DNA of 64,000 nucleotides from Eledone cirrhosa (Eukaryota). Shown here one piece after another: positions 45,001 through 58,300 of this stretch (positions within the stretch are counted from its first letter, which is position 1; every line of letters begins with the position of its first letter). The notes under the pieces are model-generated. The model was not told where the DNA came from and made no database searches. It saw only the letters and a list, made by a program, of their open reading frames with translations. Where the stretch lies: the NCBI GenBank assembly GCA_964016885.1, contig OZ024741.1:130386001-130450000 (forward strand), given 5' to 3'. Position numbers and translations under genes: made by a program.

Positions 45001-48000
45001 AAGCAGTGAACATATAACTTTCACATCATATTTGTCTGTGGAACTAGGGTTGGAAGCAGTGAACATATAACTTTACACATCATATTTGTCTATGTAACTA
45101 GGGTTGGAAGCAGTGAACATATAACTTTACACATCATATTTGTCTGTGTAACTCGGGTTGGAAGCGGTGAACATATAACTTGACACATCATATTTGTCTG
45201 TGGAACTAGGGTTCGAAGCGGTGAACATATAACTTTACACATCATATTTGTCTGTGTAACTAGGGTTGGAAGCAGTGAACATATAACTTTACACATCATA
45301 TTTGTCTGTGTAACTAGGGTTGGAAGCGGTGAACATATAACTTTACACGTCATATTTGTCTGTGTAACTAGGGTTGGAAGCAGTGAACATATAACTTTAC
45401 ACATCATATTTGTCTGTGTAACTAGGGTTGGAAGCGGTGAACATATAACTTTACCCATCATATTTGTCTGTGTAACTAGGGTTGCAAGCGGTGAACATAT
45501 AACTTTACACATCATATTTGTCTTTGTAACTAGGGTTGGAAGCAGTGAACATATAACTTTACACATCATATTTGTCTGTGTAACTAAGGGTGGAAGCAGT
45601 GAACATATAACTTTACACATCATATTTGTCTGCGTAACTCGGGTTGGAAGCGGTGAACATATAACTTTACACATCATATTTGTCTGCGTAACTCGGGTTG
45701 GAAGCGGTGAACATATAACTTTACACATCATATTTGTCTGTGGAACTAGGGTTGGAAGCGGTGAACTTATAACTTTACACATCATATTTGTCTGTGTAAC
45801 TAGGGTTGGAAGCAGTGAACATATAACTTTACACATCATATTTGTCTGTCTAACTAGGTTTGGAAGCGGTGAACATATAACTTTACACATCATATTTGAC
45901 TGTGTAACTAGGGTTGGAAGCAGTGAACATATAACTTTACAAATCATATTTGTCTGTGGAACTAGGATTGGAAGCAGTGAACATAGAACTTTACACATCA
46001 TATTTGTCTGTGTAACTAGGGTTGGAAGCAGTGAACATATAACTTTACACATCATATTTGTCTGTGTAACTCGGGTTGGAAGCGGTGAACATATAACTTG
46101 ACACATCATATTTGTCTGTGGAACTAGGGTTCGAAGCGGTGAACATATAACTTTACACATCATATTTGTCTGTGTAACTAGGTTTGGAAGCAGTGAACAT
46201 ATAACTTTACACATCATATTTGTCTGTGTAACTAGGGTTGGAAGCGGTGAACATATAACTTTACACATCATATTTGTCTGTGTAACTAGGGTTATAAGCA
46301 GTGAACATATAACTTTACACATCATATTTGTCTGTGTAACTAGGGTTGGAAGCGGTGAACATATAACTTTACACATCATATTTGTCTGTGTAACTAGGGT
46401 TGGAAGCAGTGAACATACAACTTTACACATCATATTTGTCTGTGTAACTATGTTTGGAAGCATTGAACATATAACTTTACACATCATATTTGTCTGTGTA
46501 ACTAGGGTTGCAAGCAGTGAACACATAACTTTACACATCATATTTGTCTGTGTAACTAGGTTTGGAAGCAGTGAACATATAACTTTACACATCATCTTTG
46601 TCTGTGTAACTAGGGTTGGAAGCAGTGAACATGTAACTTTACACATCATATTTGTCTGTGTAACTAGGGTTGGAAGCAGTGAACATATAACTTTACACAT
46701 CATATTTGTCTGTGTAACTAGGGTTGGAAGCGGTGAACATATAACTTTACACATCATATTTGTCTGTGTAACTAGGGTTGGAAGCAGTGAACATATAACT
46801 TTACACATCATATTTGTCTGTGTAACTAGGGTTGGAATCAGTGAACATATAACTTGACACATCATATTTTTCTATGTAACTAGGGTTGGAATTAGTGAAC
46901 ATATAACTTTACACATCATATTTGTCTGTGTAACTAGGGTTGGAAGCAGTGAACATATAACTTTACACATCATATTTGTCTGTGTAACTAGGGTTGGAAG
47001 CAGTGAACATATAACTTTACACATCATATTTGTCTGTGTAACTAAGGTTGGAAGCACTGAACATATAACTTTACACATCATATTTGTCTATGTAACTAGG
47101 GTTGGAAGCAGTGAACATATAACTTTACACATCATATTTGTCTGTGTAACTAGGGTTGGAAGCGGTGAACATATAACTTTACACATCATATTTGTCTGTG
47201 TAACTAGGGTTGGAAGCGGTGAACATATAACTTTACACATCATATTTGTCTGTGTAACTAGGGTTGGAAGCAGTGAACATATAACTTTACACATCATATT
47301 TGTCTGTGTAACTAGGGTTGGAAGCGGTGAACATATAACTTTACACATCATATTTGTCTGTGTAACTAGGTTTGGAAGCAGTGAACATATAACTTTACAC
47401 ATCATATTTGTCTGTGTAACTAGGGTTGGAAGCAGTGAACATACAACTTTACACAACCTATTTGTCTGTGTAACTAGGGTTAGAAACAGTGAACATATAA
47501 ATTTACACGTCATATTTGTCTGTGTAACTAGGGTTGGAAGCAGTGAACATATAACTTTACACATCATATTTGTCTATGTAACTAGGGTTGGAAGCAGTGA
47601 ACATATAACTTTACACATCATATTTGTCTGTGTAACTAGGGTTGGAAGCGGTGAACATATAACTTTACACATCATCTTTGTCTGTGTAACTAGGGTTGGA
47701 AGCAGTGAACATGTAACTTTACACATCATATTTGTCTGTGTAACTAGGGTTGGAAGCAGTGAACATATAACTTTACACATCATATTTGTCTGTGTAACTA
47801 GGGTTGGAAGCGGTGAACATATAACTTTACACATCATATTTTTCTGTGTAACTAGGGTTGGAAGCAGTGAACATATAACTTTACATATCATATTTGTCTG
47901 TGTAACTAGGGTTGGAAGCAGTGAACATATAACTTTACACATCATATTTGTCTGTGTAACTAGGGTTGGAAGCAGTGAACATATAACTTTACACATCATA

Positions 48001-48221
48001 TTTGTCTGTGTAACTAGGGTTGGAAGCAGTGAACATATAACTTTACACATCATATTTGTCTGTGTAACTAGGGTTGGAAGCAGTGAACATATAACTTTAC
48101 ATATCATATTTGTCTGTGTAACTAGGGTTGGAAGCAGTGAACATATAACTTTACACATCATATTTGTCTGTGTAACTAGGGTTGGAAGCAGTGAACATAT
48201 AACTTTACACATCATATTTGT

Positions 48222-51200
48222 CTATGTAACTAGGGTTGGAAGCAGTGAACATATAACTTTACACATCATATTTGTCTGTGTAACTAGGGTTGGAAGCAGT
48301 GAACACATAACTTTACACATCATATTTGACTGTGTAACTAGGGTTGGAAGCGGTGAACATATAACTTTACACATCATATTTGTCTGTGGAACTAGGGTTG
48401 GAAGCAGTGAACATATAACTTTACACATCATATTTGTCTATGTAACTAGGGTTGGAAGCAGTGAACATATAACTTTACACATCATATTTGTCTGTGTAAC
48501 TCGGGTTGGAAGCGGTGAACATATAACTTGACACATCATATTTGTCTGTGGAACTAGGGTTCGAAGCGGTGAACATATAACTTTACACATCATATTTGTC
48601 TGTGTAACTAGGGTTGGAAGCAGTGAACATATAACTTTACACATCATATTTGTCTGTGTAACTAGGGTTGGAAGCGGTGAACATATAACTTTACACATCA
48701 TATTTGTCTGTGTAACTAGGTTTGGAAGCAGTGAACATATAACTTTACACATCATATTTGTCTGTGTAACTAGGGTTGGAAGCAGTGAACATACAACTTT
48801 ACACAACCTATTTGTCTGTGTAACTAGGGTTAGAAACAGTGAACATATAAATTTACACGTCATATTTGTCTGTGTAACTAGGGTTGGAAGCAGTGAACAT
48901 ATAACTTCACACATCATATTTGTCTATGTAACTAGGGTTGGAAGCAGTGAACATATAACTTTACACATCATATTTGTCTGTGTAACTAGGGTTGCAAGCG
49001 GTGAACATATAACTTTACACATCATATTTGTCTGTGTAACTAGGGTTGGAAGCAGTGAACATATAACTTTACACATCATATTTGTCTGTGTAACTAGGGT
49101 TGGAAGCGGTGAACATATAACTTTACACATCATATTTGTCTGTGTAACTAGGGTTGGAAGCAGTGAACATATAACTTTACACATCATATTTGTCTGTGTA
49201 ACTAGGGTTGGAAGCGGTGAACATATAACTTTACACATCATATTCGTCTGTGTAACTAGGGTTGGAAGCGGTGAACATATAACTTTACACATCATATTTG
49301 TCTGTGTAACTAGGGTTGGAAGCAGTGAACATACAACTTTACACATCATATTTGTCTGTGTAACTATGTTTGGAAGCATTGAACATATAACTTTACACAT
49401 CATATTTGTCTGTGTAACTAGGGTTGGAAGCAGTGAACACATAACTTTACACATCATATTTGTCTGTGTAACTAGGGTTGGAAGCGGTGAACATATAACT
49501 TTACACATCATATTTGTCTGTGTAACTAGGGTTGGAAGCGGTGAACATATAACTTTACACATCATCTTTGTCTGTGTAACTAGGGTTGGAAGCAGTGAAC
49601 ATGTAACTTTACACATCATATTTGTCTGTGTAACTAGGGTTGGAAGCAGTGAACATATAACTTTACACATCATATTTGTCTGTGTAACTAGGGTTGGAAG
49701 CGGTGAACATATAACTTTACACATCATATTTGTCTGTGTAACTAGGGTTGGAAGCAGTGAACATATAACTTTACATATCATATTTGTCTGTGTAACTAGG
49801 GTTGGAATCAGTGAACATATAACTTTACACATCATATTTGTCTGTGTAACTAGGGTTGGAAGCAGTGAACATATAACTTTACACATCATATTTGTCTGTG
49901 TAACTAGGGTTGGAAGCAGTGAACATATAACTTTACACATCATATTTGTCTGTGTAACTAGGGTTGGAAGCAGTGAACATGTAACTTTACATATCATATT
50001 TGTCTGTGTAACTAGGGTTGGAAGCAGTGAACATATAACTTTACACATCATATTTGTCTGTGTAACTAGGGTTGGAAGCAGTGAACATATAACTTTACAC
50101 ATCATATTTGTCTGTGTAACTAGGGTTGGAAGCAGTGAACATATAACTTTACACATCATATTTGTCTGTGTAACTAGAGTTGGAAGCACTGAACATATAA
50201 CTTTACACATCATATTTGTCTATGTAACTAGGGTTGGAAGCAGTGAACATATAACTTTACACATCATATTTGTCTGTGTAACTAGGGTTGGAAGCGGTGA
50301 ACATATAACTTTACACATCATATTTGTCTGTGTAACTAGGGTTGGAAGCGGTGAACATATAACTTTACACATCATATTTGTCTGTGTAACTAGGGTTGGA
50401 AGCAGTGAACATATAACTTTACACATCATATTTGTCTGTGTAACTAGGGTTGGAAGCGGTGAACATATAACTTTACACATCATATTTGTCTGTGTAACTA
50501 GGTTTGGAAGCAGTGAACATATAACTTTACACATCATATTTGTCTGTGTAACTAGGGTTGGAAGCAGTGAACATACAACTTTACACAACCTATTTGTCTG
50601 TGTAACTAGGGTTAGAAACAGTGAACATATAAATTTACACATCATATTTGTCTGTGTAACTAGGGTTGGAAGCAGTGAACATATAACTTTACACATCATA
50701 TTTGTCTATGTAATTAGGGTTGGAAGCAGTGAACATATAACTTTACACATCATATTTGTCTGTGTAACTAGGGTTGGAAGCAGTGAACACATAACTTTAC
50801 ACATCATATTTGACTGTGTAACTAGGGTTGGAAGCACTGAACATATAACTTTACACATCATATTTGTCTGTGGAACTAGGGTTGGAAGCAGTGAACATAT
50901 AACTTTACACATCATATTTGTCTATGTAACTAGGGTTGGAAGCAGTGAACATATAACTTTACACATCATATTTGTCTGTGTAACTCGGGTTGGAAGCGGT
51001 GAACATATAACTTGACACATCATATTTGTCTGTGGAACTAGGGTTCGAAGCGGTGAACATATAACTTTACACATCATATTTGTCTGTGTAACTAGGGTTG
51101 GAAGCAGTGAACATATAACTTTACACATCATATTTGTCTGTGTAACTAGGGTTGGAAGCGGTGAACATATAACTTTACACCTCATATTTGTCTGTGTAAC

Positions 51201-54200
51201 TAGGGTTGGAAGCAGTGAACATATAACTTTACACATCATATTTGTCTGTGTAACTAGGGTTGGAAGCGGTGAACATATAACTTTACACATCATATTTGTC
51301 TGTGTAACTAGGGTTGGAAGCGGTGAACATATAACTTTACACATCATATTTGTCTTTGTAACTAGGGTTGGAAGCAGTGAACATATAACTTTACACATCA
51401 TATTTGTCTGTGTAACTAGGGTTGGAAGCAGTGAACATATAACTTTACACATCATATTTGTCTGCGTAACTCGGGTTGGAAGCGGTGAACATATAACTTT
51501 ACACATCATATTTGTCTGTGTAACTAGGGTTGGAAGCAGTGAACATACAACTTTACACATCATATTTGTCTGTGTAACTAGGGTTGGAAGCAGTGAACAT
51601 ATAACTTTACACATCATATTTGTCTGTGTAACTAGGTTTGGAAGCAGTGAACATATAACTTTACACATCATATTTGTCTGTGTAACTAGGGTTGGAAGCA
51701 GTGAACATACAACTTTACACAACCTATTTGTCTGTGTAACTAGGGTTAGAAACAGTGAACATATAAATTTACACATCATATTTGTCTGTGTAACTAGGGT
51801 TGGAAGCAGTGAACATATAACTTTACACATCATATTTGTCTATGTAATTAGGGTTGGAAGCAGTGAACATATAACTTTACACATCATATTTGTCTGTGTA
51901 ACTAGGGTTGGAAGCAGTGAACACATAACTTTACACATCATATTTGACTGTGTAACTAGGGTTGGAAGCACTGAACATATAACTTTACACATCATATTTG
52001 TCTGTGGAACTAGGGTTGGAAGCAGTGAACATATAACTTTACACATCATATTTGTCTATGTAACTAGGGTTGGAAGCAGTGAACATATAACTTTACACAT
52101 CATATTTGTCTGTGTAACTCGGGTTGGAAGCGGTGAACATATAACTTGACACATCATATTTGTCTGTGGAACTAGGGTTCGAAGCGGTGAACATATAACT
52201 TTACACATCATATTTGTCTGTGTAACTAGGGTTGGAAGCAGTGAACATATAACTTTACACATCATATTTGTCTGTGTAACTAGGGTTGGAAGCGGTGAAC
52301 ATATAACTTTACACCTCATATTTGTCTGTGTAACTAGGGTTGGAAGCAGTGAACATATAACTTTACACATCATATTTGTCTGTGTAACTAGGGTTGGAAG
52401 CGGTGAACATATAACTTTACACATCATATTTGTCTGTGTAACTAGGGTTGGAAGCGGTGAACATATAACTTTACACATCATATTTGTCTTTGTAACTAGG
52501 GTTGGAAGCAGTGAACATATAACTTTACACATCATATTTGTCTGTGTAACTAGGGTTGGAAGCAGTGAACATATAACTTTACACATCATATTTGTCTGCG
52601 TAACTCGGGTTGGAAGCGGTGAACATATAACTTTACACATCATATTTGTCTGTGTAACTAGGGTTGGAAGCAGTGAACATACAACTTTACACATCATATT
52701 TGTCTGTGTAACTAGGGTTGGAAGCAGTGAACATATAACTTTACACATCATATTTGTCTGTGCAACTAGGGTTGGAAGCAGTGAACATATAAATTTACAC
52801 ATCATATTTGTCTGTGTAACTAGGGTTGGAAGCAGTGAACATATAACTTTACACATCATATTTGTCTGCGTAACTCGGGTTGGAAGCGGTGAACATATAA
52901 CTTTACACATCATATTTGTCTGTGGAACTAGGGTTGGAAGCGGTGAACATATAACTTTACACATCATATTTGTCTGTGTAACTAGGGTTGGAAGCAGTGA
53001 ACATATAACTTTACACATCATATTTGTCTGTCTAACTAGGTTTGGAAGCGGTGAACATATAACTTTACACATCATATTTGACTGTGTAACTAGGGTTGGA
53101 AGCGGTGAACATACAACTTTACACATCATATTTGTCTGTGGAACTAGGGTTGGAAGCAGTGAACATAGAACTTTACACATCATATTTGTCTGTGTAACTA
53201 GGGTTGGAAGCAGTGAACATATAACTTTACACATCATATTTGTCTGTGTAACTCGGGTTGGAAGCGGTGAACATATAACTTTACACATCATATTCGTCTG
53301 TGTAACTAGGGTTGGAAGCAGTGAACATATAACTTTACACATCATATTTGTCTGTGTAACTAGGGTTGGAAGCGGTGAACATATAAATTTACACATCATA
53401 TTTGTCTGTGTAACTAGGGTTGGAAGCGGTGAACATATAACTTTACACATCATATTTGTCTGTGTAACTAGGGTTGGAAGCAGTGAACATATAACTTTAC
53501 ACATCATATTTGTCTATGTAACTAGGGTTGGAAGCAGAAAACATATAACTTTACACATCATATTTGTCTGTGTAACTAGGGTTGGAAGCAGTGAACACAT
53601 AACTTTACACATCATATTTGACTGTGTAACTAGGGTTGGAAGCGGTGAACATATAACTTTACACATCATATTTGTCTGTGGAACTAGGGTTGGAAGCAGT
53701 GAACATATAACTTTACACATCATATTTGTCTATGTAACTAGGGTTGGAAGCAGTGAACATATAACTTTACACATCATATTTGTCTGTGTAACTCGGGTAG
53801 GAAGCGGTGAACATATAACTTGACACATCATATTTGTCTGTGGAACTAGGGTTCGAAGCGGTGAACATATAACTTTACACATCATATTTGTCTGTGTAAC
53901 TAGGGTTGGAAGCAGTGAACATATAACTTTACACATCATATTTGTCTGTGTAACTAGGGTTGGAAGCGGTGAACATATAACTTTACACATCATATTTGTC
54001 TGTGTAACTAGGTTTGGAAGCAGTGAACATATAACTTTACACATCATATTTGTCTGTGTAACTAGGGTTGGAAGCAGTGAACATACAACTTTACACAACC
54101 TATTTGTCTGTGTAACTAGGGTTAGAAACAGTGAACATATAAATTTACACGTCATATTTGTCTGTGTAACTAGGGTTGGAAGCAGTGAACATATAACTTC

Positions 54201-56580
54201 ACACATCATATTTGTCTATGTAACTAGGGTTGGAAGCAGTGAACATATAACTTTACACATCATATTTGTCTGTGTAACTAGGGTTGCAAGCGGTGAACAT
54301 ATAACTTTACACATCATATTTGTCTGTGTAACTAGGGTTGGAAGCAGTGAACATATAACTTTACACATCATATTTGTCTGTGTAACTAGGGTTGGAAGCG
54401 GTGAACATATAACTTTACACATCATATTTGTCTGTGTAACTAGGGTTGGAAGCAGTGAACATATAACTTTACACATCATATTTGTCTGTGTAACTAGGGT
54501 TGGAAGCGGTGAACATATAACTTTACACATCATATTCGTCTGTGTAACTAGGGTTGGAAGCGGTGAACATATAACTTTACACATCATATTTGTCTGTGTA
54601 ACTAGGGTTGGAAGCAGTGAACATACAACTTTACACATCATATTTGTCTGTGTAACTATGTTTGGAAGCATTGAACATATAACTTTACACATCATATTTG
54701 TCTGTGTAACTAGGGTTGGAAGCAGTGAACACATAACTTTACACATCATATTTGTCTGTGTAACTAGGGTTGGAAGCGGTGAACATATAACTTTACACAT
54801 CATATTTGTCTGTGTAACTAGGGTTGGAAGCGGTGAACATATAACTTTACACATCATCTTTGTCTGTGTAACTAGGGTTGGAAGCAGTGAACATGTAACT
54901 TTACACATCATATTTGTCTGTGTAACTAGGGTTGGAAGCAGTGAACATATAACTTTACACATCATATTTGTCTGTGTAACTAGGGTTGGAAGCGGTGAAC
55001 ATATAACTTTACACATCATATTTGTCTGTGTAACTAGGGTTGGAAGCAGTGAACATATAACTTTACATATCATATTTGTCTGTGTAACTAGGGTTGGAAG
55101 CAGTGAACATATAAATTTACACATCATATTTGTCTGTGTAACTAGGGTTGGAAGCAGTGAACATATAACTTTACACATCATATTTGTCTGTGTAACTAGG
55201 GTTGGAAGCAGTGAACATATAACTTTACACATCATATTTGTCTGTGTAACTAGGGTTGGAAGCAGTGAACATATAACTTTACATATCATATTTGTCTGTG
55301 TAACTAGGGTTGGAAGCAGTGAACATATAACTTTACACATCATATTTGTCTGTGTAACTAGGGTTGGAAGCAGTGAACATATAACTTTACACATCATATT
55401 TGTCTGTGTAACTAGGGTTGGAAGCAGTGAACATATAACTTTACACATCATATTTGTCTGTGTAACTAGGGTTGGAATCACTGAACATATAACTTTACAC
55501 ATCATATTTGTCTATGTAACTAGGGTTGGAAGCAGTGAACATATAACTTTACACATCATATTTGTCTGTGTAACTAGAGTTGGAAGCGGTGAACATATAA
55601 CTTTACACATCATATTTGTCTGTGTAACTAGGGTTGGAAGCGGTGAACATATAACTTTACACATCATATTTGTCTGTGTAACTAGGGTTGGAAGCAGTGA
55701 ACATATAACTTTACACATCATATTTGTCTGTGTAACTAGGGTTGGAAGCGGTGAACATATAACTTTACACATCATATTTGTCTGTGTAACTAGGTTTGGA
55801 AGCAGTGAACATATAACTTTACACATCATATTTGTCTGTGTAACTAGGGTTGGAAGCAGTGAACATACAACTTTACACAACCTATTTGTCTGTGTAACTA
55901 GGGTTAGAAACAGTGAACATATAAATTTACACATCATATTTGTCTGTGTAACTAGGGTTGGAAGCAGTGAACATATAACTTTACACATCATATTTGTCTA
56001 TGTAATTAGGGTTGGAAGCAGAGAACATATAACTTTACACATCATATTTGTCTGTGTAACTAGGGTTGGAAGCAGTGAACACATAACTTTACACATCATA
56101 TTTGACTGTGTAACTAGGGTTGGAAGCACTGAACATATAACTTTACACATCATATTTGTCTGTGGAACTAGGGTTGGAAGCAGTGAACATATAACTTTAC
56201 ACATCATATTTGTCTATCTAACTAGGGTTGGAAGCAGTGAACATATAACTTTACACATCATATTTGTCTGTGTAACTCGGGTTGGAAGCGGTGAACATAT
56301 AACTTGACACATCATATTTGTCTGTGGAACTAGGGTTCGAAGCGGTGAACATATAACTTTACACATCATATTTGTCTGTGTAACTAGGGTTGGAAGCAGT
56401 GAACATATAACTTTACACATCATATTTGTCTGTGTAACTAGGGTTGGAAGCGGTGAACATATAACTTTACACCTCATATTTGTCTGTGTAACTAGGGTTG
56501 GAAGCAGTGAACATATAACTTTACACATCATATTTGTCTGTGTAACTAGGGTTGGAAGCGGTGAACATATAACTTTACAC
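48222..56580. repeat. Duplication of a ~3 kb block at 98-monomer (5292 bp) offset
   Basis: ORF boundaries 48222/53514, 48438/53730, 48924/54216, 49366/54658, 50220/55512, 50706/55998 and 50922/56214 all differ by 5292, with near-identical translations. Confidence 0.92.
50480..52740. repeat. Tandem duplication of a 21-monomer (1134 bp) unit
   Basis: ORFs 50706/51840 and 50922/52056 are offset by 1134. The CACAACCTA marker is at 50587/51721 and CACCTCAT is at ~51181/52315. Confidence 0.88.
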
Positions 56581-58300
56581 ATCATATTTGTCTGTGTAAC
56601 TAGGGTTGGAAGCAGTGAACATGTAACTTTACACATCATATTTGTCTGTGTAACTAGGGTTGGAAGCAGTGAACATATAACTTTACACATCATATTTGTC
56701 TGTGTAACTAGGGTTGGAAGCGGTGAACATATAACTTTACACATCATATTTGTCTGTGTAACTAGGGTTGGAAGCAGTGAACATATAACTTTACATATCA
56801 TATTTGTCTGTGTAACTAGGGTTGGAAGCAGTGAACATATAAATTTACACATCATATTTGTCTGTGTAACTAGGGTTGGAAGCAGTGAACATATAACTTT
56901 ACACATCATATTTGTCTGTGTAACTAGGGTTGGAAGCAGTGAACATATAACTTTACACATCATATTTGTCTGTGTAACTAGGGTTGGAAGCAGTGAACAT
57001 ATAACTTTACATATCATATTTGTCTGTGTAACTAGGGTTGGAAGCAGTGAACATATAACTTTACACATCATATTTGTCTGTGTAACTAGGGTTGGAAGCA
57101 GTGAACATATAACTTTACACATCATATTTGTCTGTGTAACTAGGGTTGGAAGCAGTGAACATATAACTTTACACATCATATTTGTCTGTGTAACTAGGGT
57201 TGGAATCACTGAACATATAACTTTACACATCATATTTGTCTATGTAACTAGGGTTGGAAGCAGTGAACATATAACTTTACACATCATATTTGTCTGTGTA
57301 ACTAGAGTTGGAAGCGGTGAACATATAACTTTACACATCATATTTGTCTGTGTAACTAGGGTTGGAAGCGGTGAACATATAACTTTACACATCATATTTG
57401 TCTGTGTAACTAGGGTTGGAAGCAGTGAACATATAACTTTACACATCATATTTGTCTGTGTAACTAGGGTTGGAAGCGGTGAACATATAACTTTACACAT
57501 CATATTTGTCTGTGTAACTAGGTTTGGAAGCAGTGAACATATAACTTTACACATCATATTTGTCTGTGTAACTAGGGTTGGAAGCAGTGAACATACAACT
57601 TTACACAACCTATTTGTCTGTGTAACTAGGGTTAGAAACAGTGAACATATAAATTTACACATCATATTTGTCTGTGTAACTAGGGTTGGAAGCAGTGAAC
57701 ATATAACTTTACACATCATATTTGTCTATGTAATTAGGGTTGGAAGCAGTGAACATATAACTTTACACATCATATTTGTCTGTGTAACTAGGGTTGGAAG
57801 CAGTGAACACATAACTTTACACATCATATTTGACTGTGTAACTAGGGTTGGAAGCACTGAACATATAACTTTACACATCATATTTGTCTGTGGAACTAGG
57901 GTTGGAAGCAGTGAACATATAACTTTACACATCATATTTGTCTATCTAACTAGGGTTGGAAGCAGTGAACATATAACTTTACACATCATATTTGTCTGTG
58001 TAACTCGGGTTGGAAGCGGTGAACATATAACTTGACACATCATATTTGTCTGTGGAACTAGGGTTCGAAGCGGTGAACATATAACTTTACACATCATATT
58101 TGTCTGTGTAACTAGGGTTGGAAGCAGTGAACATATAACTTTACACATCATATTTGTCTGTGTAACTAGGGTTGGAAGCGGTGAACATATAACTTTACAC
58201 CTCATATTTGTCTGTGTAACTAGGGTTGGAAGCAGTGAACATATAACTTTACACATCATATTTGTCTGTGTAACTAGGGTTGGAAGCGGTGAACATATAA
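54860..58300. repeat. Tandem duplication of a 32-monomer (1728 bp) unit
   Basis: ORFs 55512/57240, 55998/57726 and 56214/57942 are offset by 1728. Shared variants include GGAATCACTG, ACTAGAGTT and CTATCTAACT. Confidence 0.88.

Noticed and set aside
45015-45030. Singleton 1-bp deletion (ACTTTCACATC)
   Set aside because: It is not shared by homologous blocks (~37030, 39135) and cannot be distinguished from a consensus error without reads.
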